Below are positions 40,742 through 52,030 of a DNA stretch of 64,000 nucleotides, one piece after another. The DNA lies in the NCBI GenBank assembly GCA_951406725.2, contig OX597821.1, positions 34,534,001 through 34,598,000 of the forward strand. The letters are read 5' to 3'. Positions within the stretch are counted from its first letter, which is position 1; each line of letters starts with the position of its first letter. Source of the DNA: Octopus vulgaris (taxonomy: Eukaryota). The notes under the pieces are model-generated. The model searched no databases. It saw only the letters and a list, made by a program, of their open reading frames with translations, and was not told the DNA's origin. The position numbers were made by a program, and so were the translations under genes.

Positions 40742-41142
40742 GGTGCATATGTGGCTGTGTGGTAAGAACCTTGCATCCCAACCACATGGCTCCGGGTTCA
40801 GTTCCACTGTGTGGCATCTGGGGCAAGTGTCTTCTACTATAGCCTCAGGCCAACCAAAGCCCCATGAGTGAATTTGTTTGACGGAAATTGAAATTCGTTT
40901 GTATATATATATGTATATATCTGTGTGTGTGTGTGTGTCTGTGTTTGTCTCCCCACGGCTGCTCAACAACTGGTGCTGGCGTGTCCAGGTCCCTGTAACG
41001 AAGCAATTTGGCAAAAGTAACCGATAGAATAAGTACTAGGCTTTAAAAAAATATAAGTACTATGGTTGATTCATTCAACTAAAAATTCAAGGCGGTGTCC
41101 CAGCATGGCTGCAGTCTAATGACTGAAACCAGTAAAAGAATA
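40742..41142 (+). mobile_element. Family A SINE, older subfamily
   Basis: Colinear with 27641-28055 but more diverged. Confidence 0.85.
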
Positions 41143-42048
41143 ACTATATATAACAATCATAACAAACTGGCTAAATAGATTATAATAATAAACTATTGAC
41201 TGAATTATGAATTTAATTCTGTATTTTTTTTGCATTTGGGTAATGCACTGTATTCTACATGACCTCTGAGGAGGGATTAGATCCTTAGAGAATGTTACCT
41301 GAAAAATTTAAGGGAATATATTTTTTATGCTTCTTATTATGTCCAAACCTTAGTAGACAATATTTTTTTGATGTTGTTGTTGTTAAATCCCAGGTCAGCT
41401 CTGATTAAGTGGACCTATAATCAAAGGCCTTTCTTCGATGTTCATTTCATATATCAAGGTCTAACTTCGTTGTATAATTGCTTTTTTCTAATATGGCATG
41501 GCTGTGTGGTTAGGGAGCTTGCTTCCTAGCTACATGGTTTCAGGTTCAGTCCCACTGCGTGGCACTTTGGGTAGGTGTCTTCCACTATAGCCCCGAGCCG
41601 ACCGGAGCTTTGTGATTGAATTCGGTAGGTGGAAGTTACTGCCGTGTGTGTAGTAAGAGAGAGAGGGAAATATATTTTAAGATGGTGTATAACACAATTC
41701 CGTATACAGTGTGACCTCCATATTCTCCACTTAAAATTTTTATGAATTTGCTCAGTCAACATGTGGGAGGGCTAAACATATACCAATGCATGTCAGCTGT
41801 TGCAAATGGCAGCTAGTGTGGTTCAACTATGGTTTGCTGTACTGTTATTTTAAAGTGTGTTGTTAGACGTATAATAATCTTTATCATTTCAGCTTCCCAG
41901 ACACACCTGTAAGTTTCAGTTGAAACCTAAATAATTCCTGTGTGGAAGGCCTGTAGTAGATATAAGCGTGTTCTACACTGTTATTCTCCATGATGATTGC
42001 AACATTCTGAACTTCAGAGTGTTGAGGCTAAGATATTATACATGGCAT

Positions 42049-42270
42049 TTAACCATTCAGGTTACTCTGTCAAAAGCAATTTGTATATATTCGCATTGTT
42101 TTGAATTAAACATGCGTTACCTTGTAGCTTCAAGACTTCAAGATGTGGCTGTTTATTTTTAGAATGACACTCTAGGATAGGATGCTGGCAGACCAGATCT
42201 GGTTGATTTAAACATAAAACAGGTAGCTTCTTTGGGCCAGATATTGTTGGTTTAAATACCAAAGGGTTAA
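42049..42270. mobile_element. piggyBac-type MITE copy
   Basis: ttaacc...aaagggttaa ends and the same internal sequence as 37643-37871. Confidence 0.8.
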
Positions 42271-42842
42271 GACAACCCCTGGTTTGTGGAAAGGTTGTTT
42301 TTTTTCCTTTCTTTTAAGGTTTAAACACCTGCCTACATGCTGTCACATAGTATTTACATTTGCAGTGTTTTGTTTGTCTTCATATCTGATCTGATTGTCA
42401 TCTGGTCTGTTAAATCCAGGACATATTTACATTACCTAATATGTACATGTTTGAGTGTCAATAGTCTGGTGGATAAGTTTACAACCCTCAGGTAATACTT
42501 AAGTCTATCAGAATATGAGAACTTTGATGACAATCGAAGATCAAACCAATCGAAATCTAGTGCAAAATAGTGCAAAAATGAACTGAAAAAAAATAAACCT
42601 TTTCATCTCTTAAGATGGGTTTAGTGGTGAAAAACTTTGTAATTGTAGATTTTGTAAGCAGATCTTTGATTAAAGGTGATCCAGCCTTGATTATCCTCTC
42701 TCCTGTTGCATATCTATGTATATCCATGATTACATTACCAAATAGGTTTTTCTTTTCAAGACAGTAGGCAATAAGTTAAAATGATCTTGTAGAAAGACAA
42801 GTTGCGGCTGCTATTGCTAGCAGGTCATGCAACCATGTAGAG

Positions 42843-43161
42843 CAAGGGTTGTCAACCCTTTTTTTATCTATGGACCCTTTTGATTATTTTACTCTGGTGG
42901 ACCCCCATGACCATTTGATGTTTTAAAACTAGTTTTATAGAAACTTCTTTCAAAATTACTCTTTTATTTTTCCCACATTAACTTGTGTAGGTTGAACTAC
43001 GTAAAACATTAGAGAAACCCAGCAGTTTTTTGCAATACATACCAATACATCGGAAGCAAAATTTTTTCAGAGGTCCTTAAAATACTATTGTGGATCCCCA
43101 TTTTACTATTTTGCTGTGTGAACCCCTAAAATCTTATACGGACCCTGGTTGAGAACCTCTG
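42843..43161. mobile_element. hAT (Charlie-like) MITE
   Basis: Inverted termini caagggttgtcaacc / ggttgagaacctctg resemble CAGGGGTTCTCAACC. Repeated tggacccc motifs inside. TSD not recognisable. Confidence 0.65.
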
Positions 43162-43169
43162 ATTCATCT

Positions 43170-43585
43170 AACCATCTGAACATGGCCGTTGCCAGTGCCA
43201 CCCTGGTGGGCCTCCGTGCTGGTGATACGTAAAAAGCATCATCCGATCGTGGCCATTGCCAGCCTCACCTGGACCCCATGCCAGTGGCATGTAAAAAGCA
43301 CCATCCGTCCATGACCGTTACCAGCCTGGCCTGGCACCTGTGCCAGTGACACGTAAAAAGCACCATCTGATCGTGGCCATTGCCAGCCTCGCCTGGCCCC
43401 TGTGCCGGTGGAACGTAAAAATCACCCACTACACTCACGGAGTGGTTGGCGTTAGGAAGGGCATCCAGCCGTAGAAACATTGCCAGATCAGACTGGGCCT
43501 GGTGCAGCCTTCTGGCTTCCCAGACCCCAGTCGAACCGTCCAACCCATGCTAGCATGGAAAGCGGACACTAAATGATGATGATGA
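43170..43585 (+). mobile_element. Family B retroposon with several internal subrepeats
   Basis: Repeated gtaaaaagcaccatcc...tggccgttgccagcc units and a (GAT)n tail. Confidence 0.85.
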
Positions 43586-44167
43586 TTCCCCACCTTCAGT
43601 TTCGACTGAATTAGATGTCTATTGGTTTGATGTGGTCAGTAAAGAGAAGACCAGCTGGGAAAACCAGTAATGTGATTAAATTTCTGAATGAATAGCCAAC
43701 AAGCTGTATCTTATTATTAGTCTTGTGTTGTGATCATAGAGGTATTGGGACAATTGCCCAACCTACGTTACAACATTGACTTATAATTATTGAGTTGGAG
43801 GACAATTGTCTATCGGTCAGTTATCCTAGAACTGGCCAAGACACTCGACTATCAGATGGTCTAGTCCACATAACTGTTAATGCATACCATGAATTGATAT
43901 GGCACAATACTAAGCAGTATGATAAGAATGATCTTTTTCTAAACTGACTTTTCTCACACACATTATCTTACGACAGAGTAGGTTCTCTTTAATTTGATAA
44001 ACATACATGTATGCTCATGGAATGAAATTAAAACTAAAGTTGCTGTTTACAACATTTAATTTTTCTTTTATTTTAAATGGTAGTTTTTATTTATTATTTA
44101 CTAATTTATTTTCTTGACATATTGTGGGGTTGGGTAAATTTATATACATTATCTTTTATGGATTATT

Positions 44168-45155
44168 ACTCTTTACTTGTTTCAGTCATTTGACTGTGGC
44201 CATGCTGGAGCACCGCCTTTAGTCGTGCAAATCGACCCCAGGACTTATTCTTTGGAAGCCTGGTACTTATTCTATTGGTCTCTATAGCCAAAATGCTAAG
44301 TTATGAGGATGTAAACACACCAGCACCGGTTGCCAAGTGGTGATGCGGGGACAAACACAGACACACACACATAGATACATATATGTATATATATATAATG
44401 GGCTTCTTTCAGTTTCCTCTGTTGTACTCTATCCCATGGGTTCCAACACAGTTTCTGTCTTCTAAATTTCACTTGCAAGGCTTCAGTCAAGGCTAATTTA
44501 GAAGGCACTTGCTCAAGGTGTTTTACTGCTAGAGCTAACCCAGAAGCTTGTGACTGTAATTAAAACTCCTTAAGCACTTGTCCATGTATAGACCTATATG
44601 GCTGTAACTGTATCACTGTATTACAGTGTATCTGGAGGAATTTCCTCAATACTTTCTCCTAACAAGAAGTTCAGCACATTTATAATTATTTCTCATTGTT
44701 CTGTAACAGTAACCAATATGTATTCTTATTGGAAGCAAACTCTTTAGCCACACAGCCATGTCTGCATCTGCGTGTGTGTTTGTGGGGGGGTTATCTTTTA
44801 TCTTTTACTTGTTTCAGTCATTGGACTGCGGTCTTGCTGGGGCACGCCACCTTGAATTTTTAGTTGAATGAATCAACCATAGTACTTATATTTTTTTTAA
44901 GCCTGGTACTTATTCTATTGGTCTCTATAGCCAAAATGCTAAGTTATAGGGACGTAAACACACCAGCACTGGTTGCCAAGTGGTGATGGGGAGGGGGGAC
45001 AAACACAGACACACACACATAGATACATATATGTATATATATGATGGGCTTCTTTCAGTTTCCTTGTACCAAATCCACTCACAAGGCTTTGGTCAGCCCG
45101 AAGCTATAATAGAAAACACTTGCCCAAGGTACAGCACAGTGGGATTGAACCTGGG
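44168..45155 (-). mobile_element. Two adjacent family A SINEs (about 44168-44570 and 44794-45155)
   Basis: Both match family A and share private variants over a central patch (see findings). Confidence 0.8.
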
Positions 45156-45183
45156 ACTACATTGTTGTGAAATAAATAAATAC

Positions 45184-45231
<48 letters not shown>

Positions 45232-45604
45232 TTAAAATTAATATAAACAGCCAGGTGCAAAATGATATCCCATGACCGCTTCAAAGATCCCCATTAAGTA
45301 TTAGTGTATGCATTTGCATTTCACTAAGTCATCCGTAAATTTTGATGGTAAGTACATTTATTCTGCCAGAAGCAATTAGCCAATCTTGAACTGTTCAAGC
45401 ACTCCTCACTGGGGATGTCTACAGTCATAGTTTAAACTAGACCTAGTCTGGGGATCCCCGAAGCAGTCGTAGGGTGGTTGCCTCCCCTGTCAGTATATTG
45501 TGTACATTCTGTGCTGTTCCTACAGCAGTAAGGGTATTTTAACTCTTATTTCTACCAGTGTAGGTGCTCTGGCATCCCAGGTCACACTTAGTGATGATTG
45601 AAAT

Positions 45605-45650
<46 letters not shown>

Positions 45651-45724
45651 AAAGTTTAAATATTATTTTTTAGGGAATAACAATTCCGGCATAACAGAGG
45701 TTCAAATTATTCTCAATGAAGAAA

Positions 45725-46084
45725 TATATTTTAATTTAGAGATAGTATACCCCTCCATCTCACCAAATTAAAAAGAATTTTTATTTTCATTTTAAATACC
45801 TACTGTTTTATACCTTGGCTACACGTGTTTCATGAGGTACACCCTCGTGTTCCTAAACCACTCCGTGTTTCCCTGGAACCCGTCTCAAGATGCCACCCCA
45901 ATCATCAGGCCCTTATAACTTTATCAACATTCAATACAATAAACTATATTTTAAATTTGAAATCCCATAAATATGTGCAAACACGTGTAGCCAAGGAATA
46001 AAACAGTAGGTATTTAAAATAAAAATAAAAATTCTTCTTTATTTGGTGAGAAGTAGGGGTATACTATCTCTAAATTAAAATATA
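45725..46084. mobile_element. Penelope-like inverted-repeat element in a (TA)n context
   Basis: Inverted arms 45725-45830 and 45979-46084 overlap or flank a hammerhead motif. This architecture is typical of Penelope-like element ends. Confidence 0.65.
45807..45918 (-). ncRNA. Type I hammerhead ribozyme motif with extended stem II
   Basis: Minus strand reads ttataagggc-CTGATGA-[long hairpin]-GAAA-C-ACGT-G-TA-gccaaggtataa. The core is complete and stems I-III can be paired by hand. Confidence 0.6.
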
Positions 46085-46120
46085 GGGAGAGTTTACACAC
46101 ACACACATATATATATATAT

Positions 46121-46335
46121 TCAAAATGTGACCGCGTGTGTACCGTTGGCGTTTTTTTTCCCTCTGTCTTCCCTTCTCTGGATCTTTCCTTCTCCTATAT
46201 TTCCGACGAAGAGCTCCGCTTGAAATGTTGAACCCTCCTTCTTCCCTTCCTGAGCGTCCAATAATACTATATTTGTTCCACGTCCTCGCGTTGTTGTGTT
46301 TGCTCTTTGTGTTTTCATGTTTGGATTAACTTTCT
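46121..46335 (+). mobile_element. Probable Penelope-like 3' fragment with a degenerate minimal hammerhead (46199-46233)
   Basis: ttt-CCGACGA-a-gagc-tcc-gctt-GAAA-tgtt-gaa, embedded between (TA)n runs. Confidence 0.5.
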
Positions 46336-46938
46336 ATATATATATGTTTGCTGTGTGAGGTAAAGATGTAGTCAGTGTTCAATTTGAAGGGAAAAATCAG
46401 ACTACGAATGAATTTCTGAAGGATAAAAACATTTTTGAGATGTTAATATTGTTGTAGGCACAACACATGTATAGTTAACTCTGCCAAAATGAAATAACCT
46501 CACAAGTATGTTTAAAATTGCTATGATAGGTGAACAAAGAGAGATCATGAAGCAAATTGAAGGTAAAAAAAAATAACCATATTTATAATTACTACATAAT
46601 GATAATAATAACGATGATAATAATAATAATAATAAGAAGAAGAAGAAAATACTTTCATTGAATGTGCATGTTTCTATGCCATTGGATTCCATTTATTTAA
46701 GTACTTGTAAATCTAGAATGAATGGAATGTAAAAGAAGGCAATTAGAGATTGCTATGATTTAGAAATACTACAAAATTCATGATGAAAATGGAAATCGAG
46801 TGTTTAAAATGTTGAAGATCCTTATTAAATGTGGAATTGGTGGCTTCTTTTGTTTTCTTATTCACTTGTCATTTAGTTTCATTTCTTGCTTTCCTCTCTT
46901 CTCTGTATCTCTCTCTCTATCCCACCCACCCCTCTGTA

Positions 46939-47003
<65 letters not shown>

Positions 47004-47845
47004 CTTTTCTTCAACTTTTTCTCCCTAATCTCGTTGAGTAAGTGTTCAGTTTTCCAAACATGGATTATGGATAGCTTCTTGAAGTCCTTAAGATCAGTAG
47101 TACTGTAATATGGGATTACTGGCTTTGGATAAATTCTACTGGCAGATTAGCACTGTTAGCCAGGCTTGCCAGAGATTCAAATGGGTGTTGAAACCATTCT
47201 GCATGCATGCCTTAAGCATCTGAGCATTGCTTACTCATGGATTTATATCGAACATCTCATGTAGGACAGACAAATCTGTCTATCAGTCTAGTCCATTACA
47301 AAGATTGACCTACCAAGTTCCTTTGACCTGGAAGAGCAAGCAGTTTTCATCTGTCTGGTGGCTATGGTGAAAGTGGCCTTATGTTTGATAAGCTTGGAAT
47401 GACTGAAGGCAAGCTTTTTCCCTCGGTGACCAAATTTTCTTTGGTGCCTGGAAATTACATTTAGAGGTAAAGATAAAGGTGGGGAGGGAGAGAAAAACAG
47501 CTGAATGTACTGGTCTCCAGTAAATTTACTGAAAAAAGGGTGGGAGTTACAAGTGTCTCCTGTCTGAATGGACTACTTTTAGCAAGAGCTTGTAGGCCAG
47601 AAAGCGCAGATGGGACAGGGTATTTTTTCTTAATAATCTGAGCCATCCTGGATCTTAGGATTCTTTAATTGGCACTTAGTGGCAGTAATCCTATTTAGGT
47701 GTCTCATTTCATACCTTTTTTGCGTTCCTCTGTTTCCATAATCAGTTCTAAGCCCCATACCCCCCTCCTGCCTCTGCCCACCGTTTTTTGTAATTTGTCA
47801 TTGGAATGTCTTATTCATTGCCCACATGGGAAATAAAAAGAAGCC

Positions 47846-47855
47846 ATTATTATTA

Positions 47856-47907
<52 letters not shown>

Positions 47908-48395
47908 CATCATTATTATTATTGCTGTTGTTGTTGTTATTTGGTCAAAATGCTTAGTGGCATTTCATTTTTCATGTTCTGAGTTCAAATTCCACCCAGG
48001 TTGACTTTGCCATTCATCCTTTCGAAGTTGATAAATTAAGTACCAGTGAAACACTGGGGTCGATGTAATTGACAGTCCGCGCCCCACAAATTTGTGGCGT
48101 TTTGCCTCCTTTAGTAGTAAGGATTATTATTATTATTATCATTGTTATTGTTGTTGTTGTTGTTGTTGTTTGGCCAAAATGCTTAGCAGCATTCTGTCCA
48201 TCTTTATGTTCTGAGTTCAAATTTTATTGAGGTTCACTTTGCCTTTCATCTTTTTTTTTGTTACTGTTGCTGTTATTGTTGTTTTTGTAGCTGCTGCTAC
48301 TGCTCTTCTTCTTGCAGTGAGCTGACAGAATCGTTTGCATACCAGACAAAACAGCAGTATTTCATTTGTCTTTGCGTTCTAGGTTCAAATTCCAT
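47846..48395 (+). mobile_element. Cluster of family D SINE fragments interleaved with (ATT)n/(GTT)n tracts
   Basis: Three caaaatgcttag / gttctgagttcaaatt-type segments matching 59128-59348. Confidence 0.7.
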
Positions 48396-48419
48396 CAGGT
48401 TATGTCGTGTAACATTATT

Positions 48420-50245
48420 CTTGTTTCTAGAATAAGAATAGGGTGGAGGAAGTTCAGAGAACTACTACTACCTCTGTTGGCACCAAAAGGACTCTCTTTC
48501 AGAGTGAAAGGTAGGTTTTCAAACTCCACCTGTCTAACACCCGTGGACGTATTTACAAAGTCAGAAAACAGCACAGCTCCCATGACTTTCGGAAACATTT
48601 TTTCACACTAAGAGTTGCTGAAGCATGGAACAAACTGCCGGCATCAGTTGTTAGTTGTCGGAGTAATGCATCCTTCAAAACTTCCATGCTTCCTGAGATT
48701 CACCAACACTACACTTGATTTTCTCCCCTCCATACACAGGCAAGCATGTATCTGACTCATACACTGTTCGCTTTCCAGACATTTGTACATTACTGCATAC
48801 ACTATATATGCACTTTCTGACAAGTTGTGGTGCATCTGAGCACTGTATACAATAATTTCATTATTATTATTATTATGATACTTGTGTGAGAACAGCTATG
48901 TTATGTGGTGGTGAAACATGGGCTCTCACTGCAGAGGACATGCATAGGCTGGAGAGGAGCGAAGGTAGTATGCTCCATTGTATTACAACATCAGTGTGCA
49001 GGACCAACAAAGCACAACTGTGTTGAAAGGAAAGTTAAGCATAAGAGGGATTAAATGTGGTATGCAGGATAGGAGACTGCATTGGTTTGGACACGTGATG
49101 TGTATGAGTGAAGACAGCTGTATACAGAAGTGTCTGTCACTGAAAGTGGATGGTACCTGTGGAAGAGAGTGACTCAGGAAAAAAAAGGGATGAAGTGGTG
49201 AGGACTGATCTTAGGATGTTGGGGCTTACAGAGAAAATGACAGTAGACCAAGATGTTTGGCAAAATAATGTCTTAGTGTGCTAGAAGAGTTGTATTCCAC
49301 CCACATGTAACAACACACTTTTTGCCCACTCTACCCTAAGAAATTGAACTACAACTCATCTAATTCCATCTTCCTCTTCGTCACATTTCCTCCTCATAGA
49401 TTATGATTATTTTCCCCATCCCCTTTCTTGCCCTCACTGCTGTGCTCACTGTATCACTGCTCACCCACTCCTTATTTTTCTAACCAGGTTCTACTTTCAT
49501 ATTCTTGTTACTTGTGAGTATACCCTAGCACTACACCATTTCTTTTCTGCTCTCTCTCTTACACGTTTGCTGTTTCCTACTCTCTCTCTCTTTCCCTTTG
49601 GTCACTCCCTCTCTCTCTCTCTCCTTCTCTTGTTTTTCCTCTGACTAGGTAACCAAGTGTCACCTTTACATCAGCACACTTGTTTCTGACCTCTTTCTGT
49701 GCCCCCACTCTCTCTCTCTCACTGGGTAACCATGTACCTTCTCCATAGCAAGACACCTATTTCTGCTTCTCTATTTCTCTGTTTCACTCTAACCTTTCAT
49801 CATTTGATACTGGATTACCTCCTCTAATGCCACCTCTGTTGTGGCAAGACACCTGCTTCTGTCTCTTTGTCACACTCTAACTTCCATCCTCTGACACAAA
49901 ATGCCCCTGCCCCTCTCATAATTCCTTGTTTTGTGAGTTACTTGGTTACCCTGCCAGTGCTGATTCCATGTTGAAAGCATCCAGTCCACACTGTAATGTG
50001 GTTGGCATCCGGAAGGGCATCCAGCTGTAAAAATGTTGTCGAAACTAACTTCGTCTGTGCTTGTGTCACGTAAGAAGTACAGAGTTCACTTTGCAGAGTG
50101 GTTGGTGTTAGGAAGGGCATCTAGCCATAAAATCCCTGTCAAAACAGACGCAATAGTCTCGGGTATATTTTCTATCTGGCCAGTTCCTATCAACTGTCCT
50201 AGCCATGCATGCGTGGAAGATGGACGTTAAGCGATGATGATGATC
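48420..50245 (+). mobile_element. RTE-clade LINE 3' portion (degenerate ORF C-terminus and 3' UTR ending in the family B tail)
   Basis: RIRIGWRKFRELL..KGLSFRVKGR, YDTCVRTAMLCGGETW and RRLHWFGHV are typical post-RT motifs of RTE elements. It ends in ggacgttaagcgatgatgatgat. Confidence 0.8.
48516..48875 (+). mobile_element. CR1-like LINE 3' end nested in the RTE element
   Basis: Translates TRGRIYKVRKQHSSHDFRKHFFTLRVAEAWNKLPASVV...SFK, the CR1 ORF2 C-terminal pattern, followed by an (ATT)n tail. The RTE frame resumes after it. Confidence 0.8.
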
Positions 50246-50282
50246 CTCTGGATGAACCCCATTTTTGCTGCTTGTATTTGTG

Positions 50283-50515
50283 ATCATATTCTTTCAGTGA
50301 TTACCTAACATTCAGGACCATATCTGAGAATAGGTTTCAAAATTGAACTGAAGGTGGCAAGCTTGGCTTTTTTACCAGCATCTTTGCTTCTGAGAATCAA
50401 ATGCTAGGGCTGGCACATTACTGTGCCAGCACCTGCTGTTTGAGCATCCAATTTAGCCTCCTGCTTCTCATCAGTCATAAATAAATCTAACCCTGAGGTA
50501 CATAAATTTCTCCAT
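50283..50515 (-). pseudogene. Old RTE-type LINE reverse transcriptase C-terminal fragment
   Basis: Minus strand gives EKFMYL...KAKLATFSSILKPILRYGPEC*VITERI, matching the KL.IF.S...PIL.YG.E.W pattern. Confidence 0.6.
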
Positions 50516-51739
50516 TTGTAGTTAGTTTTTGTAAAATATTACTCATCTGCTGTGTTTGGCCATTAGATCACATTAACCCTTTAGCATTTAAAACGGCCTT
50601 ATCCAGCTCAAATGTTCCACCTGTTTTATGCTCAAACTGTCCAAACCTGGCCTCTTGCACCTACCCTACAATGTCATTCTAAAACTATACAATCACATCA
50701 TTACAATATCAAAGTTTGAAATTTGACTGAGTAATCTGAATGCTAAAGAGTTAGATGTTTCCTAAGAAACAAACGAAGAATATCAATGTCTCTGTTTCTC
50801 ATTGCTTTCATTTTTCTTTCACTCTCACTCTTTCTCTTCTTTTGTCAATCTGTCAGTCTAACTGTCTATCAGTCTCTCGTAAATCCTCCAGCAAAAATAT
50901 TGTCTTATGTTGGTTGCCGTTGACGTTTAACAGTAATCAGTCTTTTCTTTTCCACAATTGAGAAACCAAACAACTGCCTTTGCCTCCTGCGCACACTTCT
51001 TATTCTTGGTTATTGACATCTGATTCTGTTAGAAGTCTTACCAAAAGGAATTTTGAAAATGTCAAGCTCTTTAGAACATTTAGCATTTTCCAACATAGAA
51101 AAACAGATACTCATGTTATCTCATTTCATTGTTGAGAGAGAGGGGGGTGGGTAACAGCAACAATAGTAGTTGATGATGATGATACTATTGTTTCTGATGT
51201 ATATAGTACATTCTTATTTCATTATTCATTTACTAGTTTGTCATTGGATTGCATTCATGCTGGGTTACCACCTCAAAGGTTTCTGTCAAATATATCAGTT
51301 GCAGAACTCTGTGGTTGGCAACCTGGAAAAAGACTGAAGAGAGACAACTTACTTCTTTGTCCAAATCTTCTTCAAGTTCCACTTGGAGATAAAGGTGAGG
51401 CTGGGAAGATAAGTCCTTGTCTCCTGAGAATTTGCTGAACAATAATAGCAAGTGTGACCCATGTGAATAGCCTGCTCTCAGCAAGAGCCCGTAAACTGGA
51501 AGATACAGCTTGAAGAGGCTACCTTCTATTGTTAGTCAGAGTAATCCTGGAATTGTGGAATTCCTTCTTTTGCTCTTGCTGGATGTTCCCTTAATGAAAC
51601 ACCCAATTTCATATCTTTTGTGTGTTTGTTTTTTTCCATGCTTGGAATACAAATACATATAAACATCAAACAGCATTCTACAAAGTTTCCATTTACAAAA
51701 AAAATTCACTCAAAAGGTTTTGATTAATCTGTGACTATA

Positions 51740-52030
51740 GTATCGTGGTGTATGCGAGAGATTCGAAATAAGGCACCTACCTTCTCTTTGCTCAGATGGA
51801 GACCCTTCAGCGGTAATGGATCCTTCAAAACAGCCCGACCCGAACGCTAGAAATAGCAGCTGCTTCTCCCAACCTTAACAACGTGCTGACGCCGTCTTAC
51901 CCGCTCAGTGACCTGCCTCAAAAAGGCAGAATGCTGCCCTTGCTGCGCCCGCATCACTGCTGCCCCTTCCGGTCAGCCCCAAGTTCCGGTCAGCTCCCCA
52001 GTTGCTGACGTCATCCCACAAGTATATAAT
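51740..52030. promoter_or_regulatory. CpG/GC-rich promoter-like island
   Basis: Local CpG excess. Two TTCCGGTCAGC (ETS-like) copies at 51967-51977 and 51984-51994, a perfect CRE TGACGTCA at 52006-52013 and TATATAA at 52023-52029. Confidence 0.45.

Noticed and set aside
47060-47450. Possible L1/Tx1 C-terminal relic (VETILHA)
   Set aside because: A single short motif; needs a translated homology search.
51233-51484. 66-aa and 83-aa ORFs following an acceptor-like site
   Set aside because: No recognisable domain, non-ATG starts and no supported exon boundaries.
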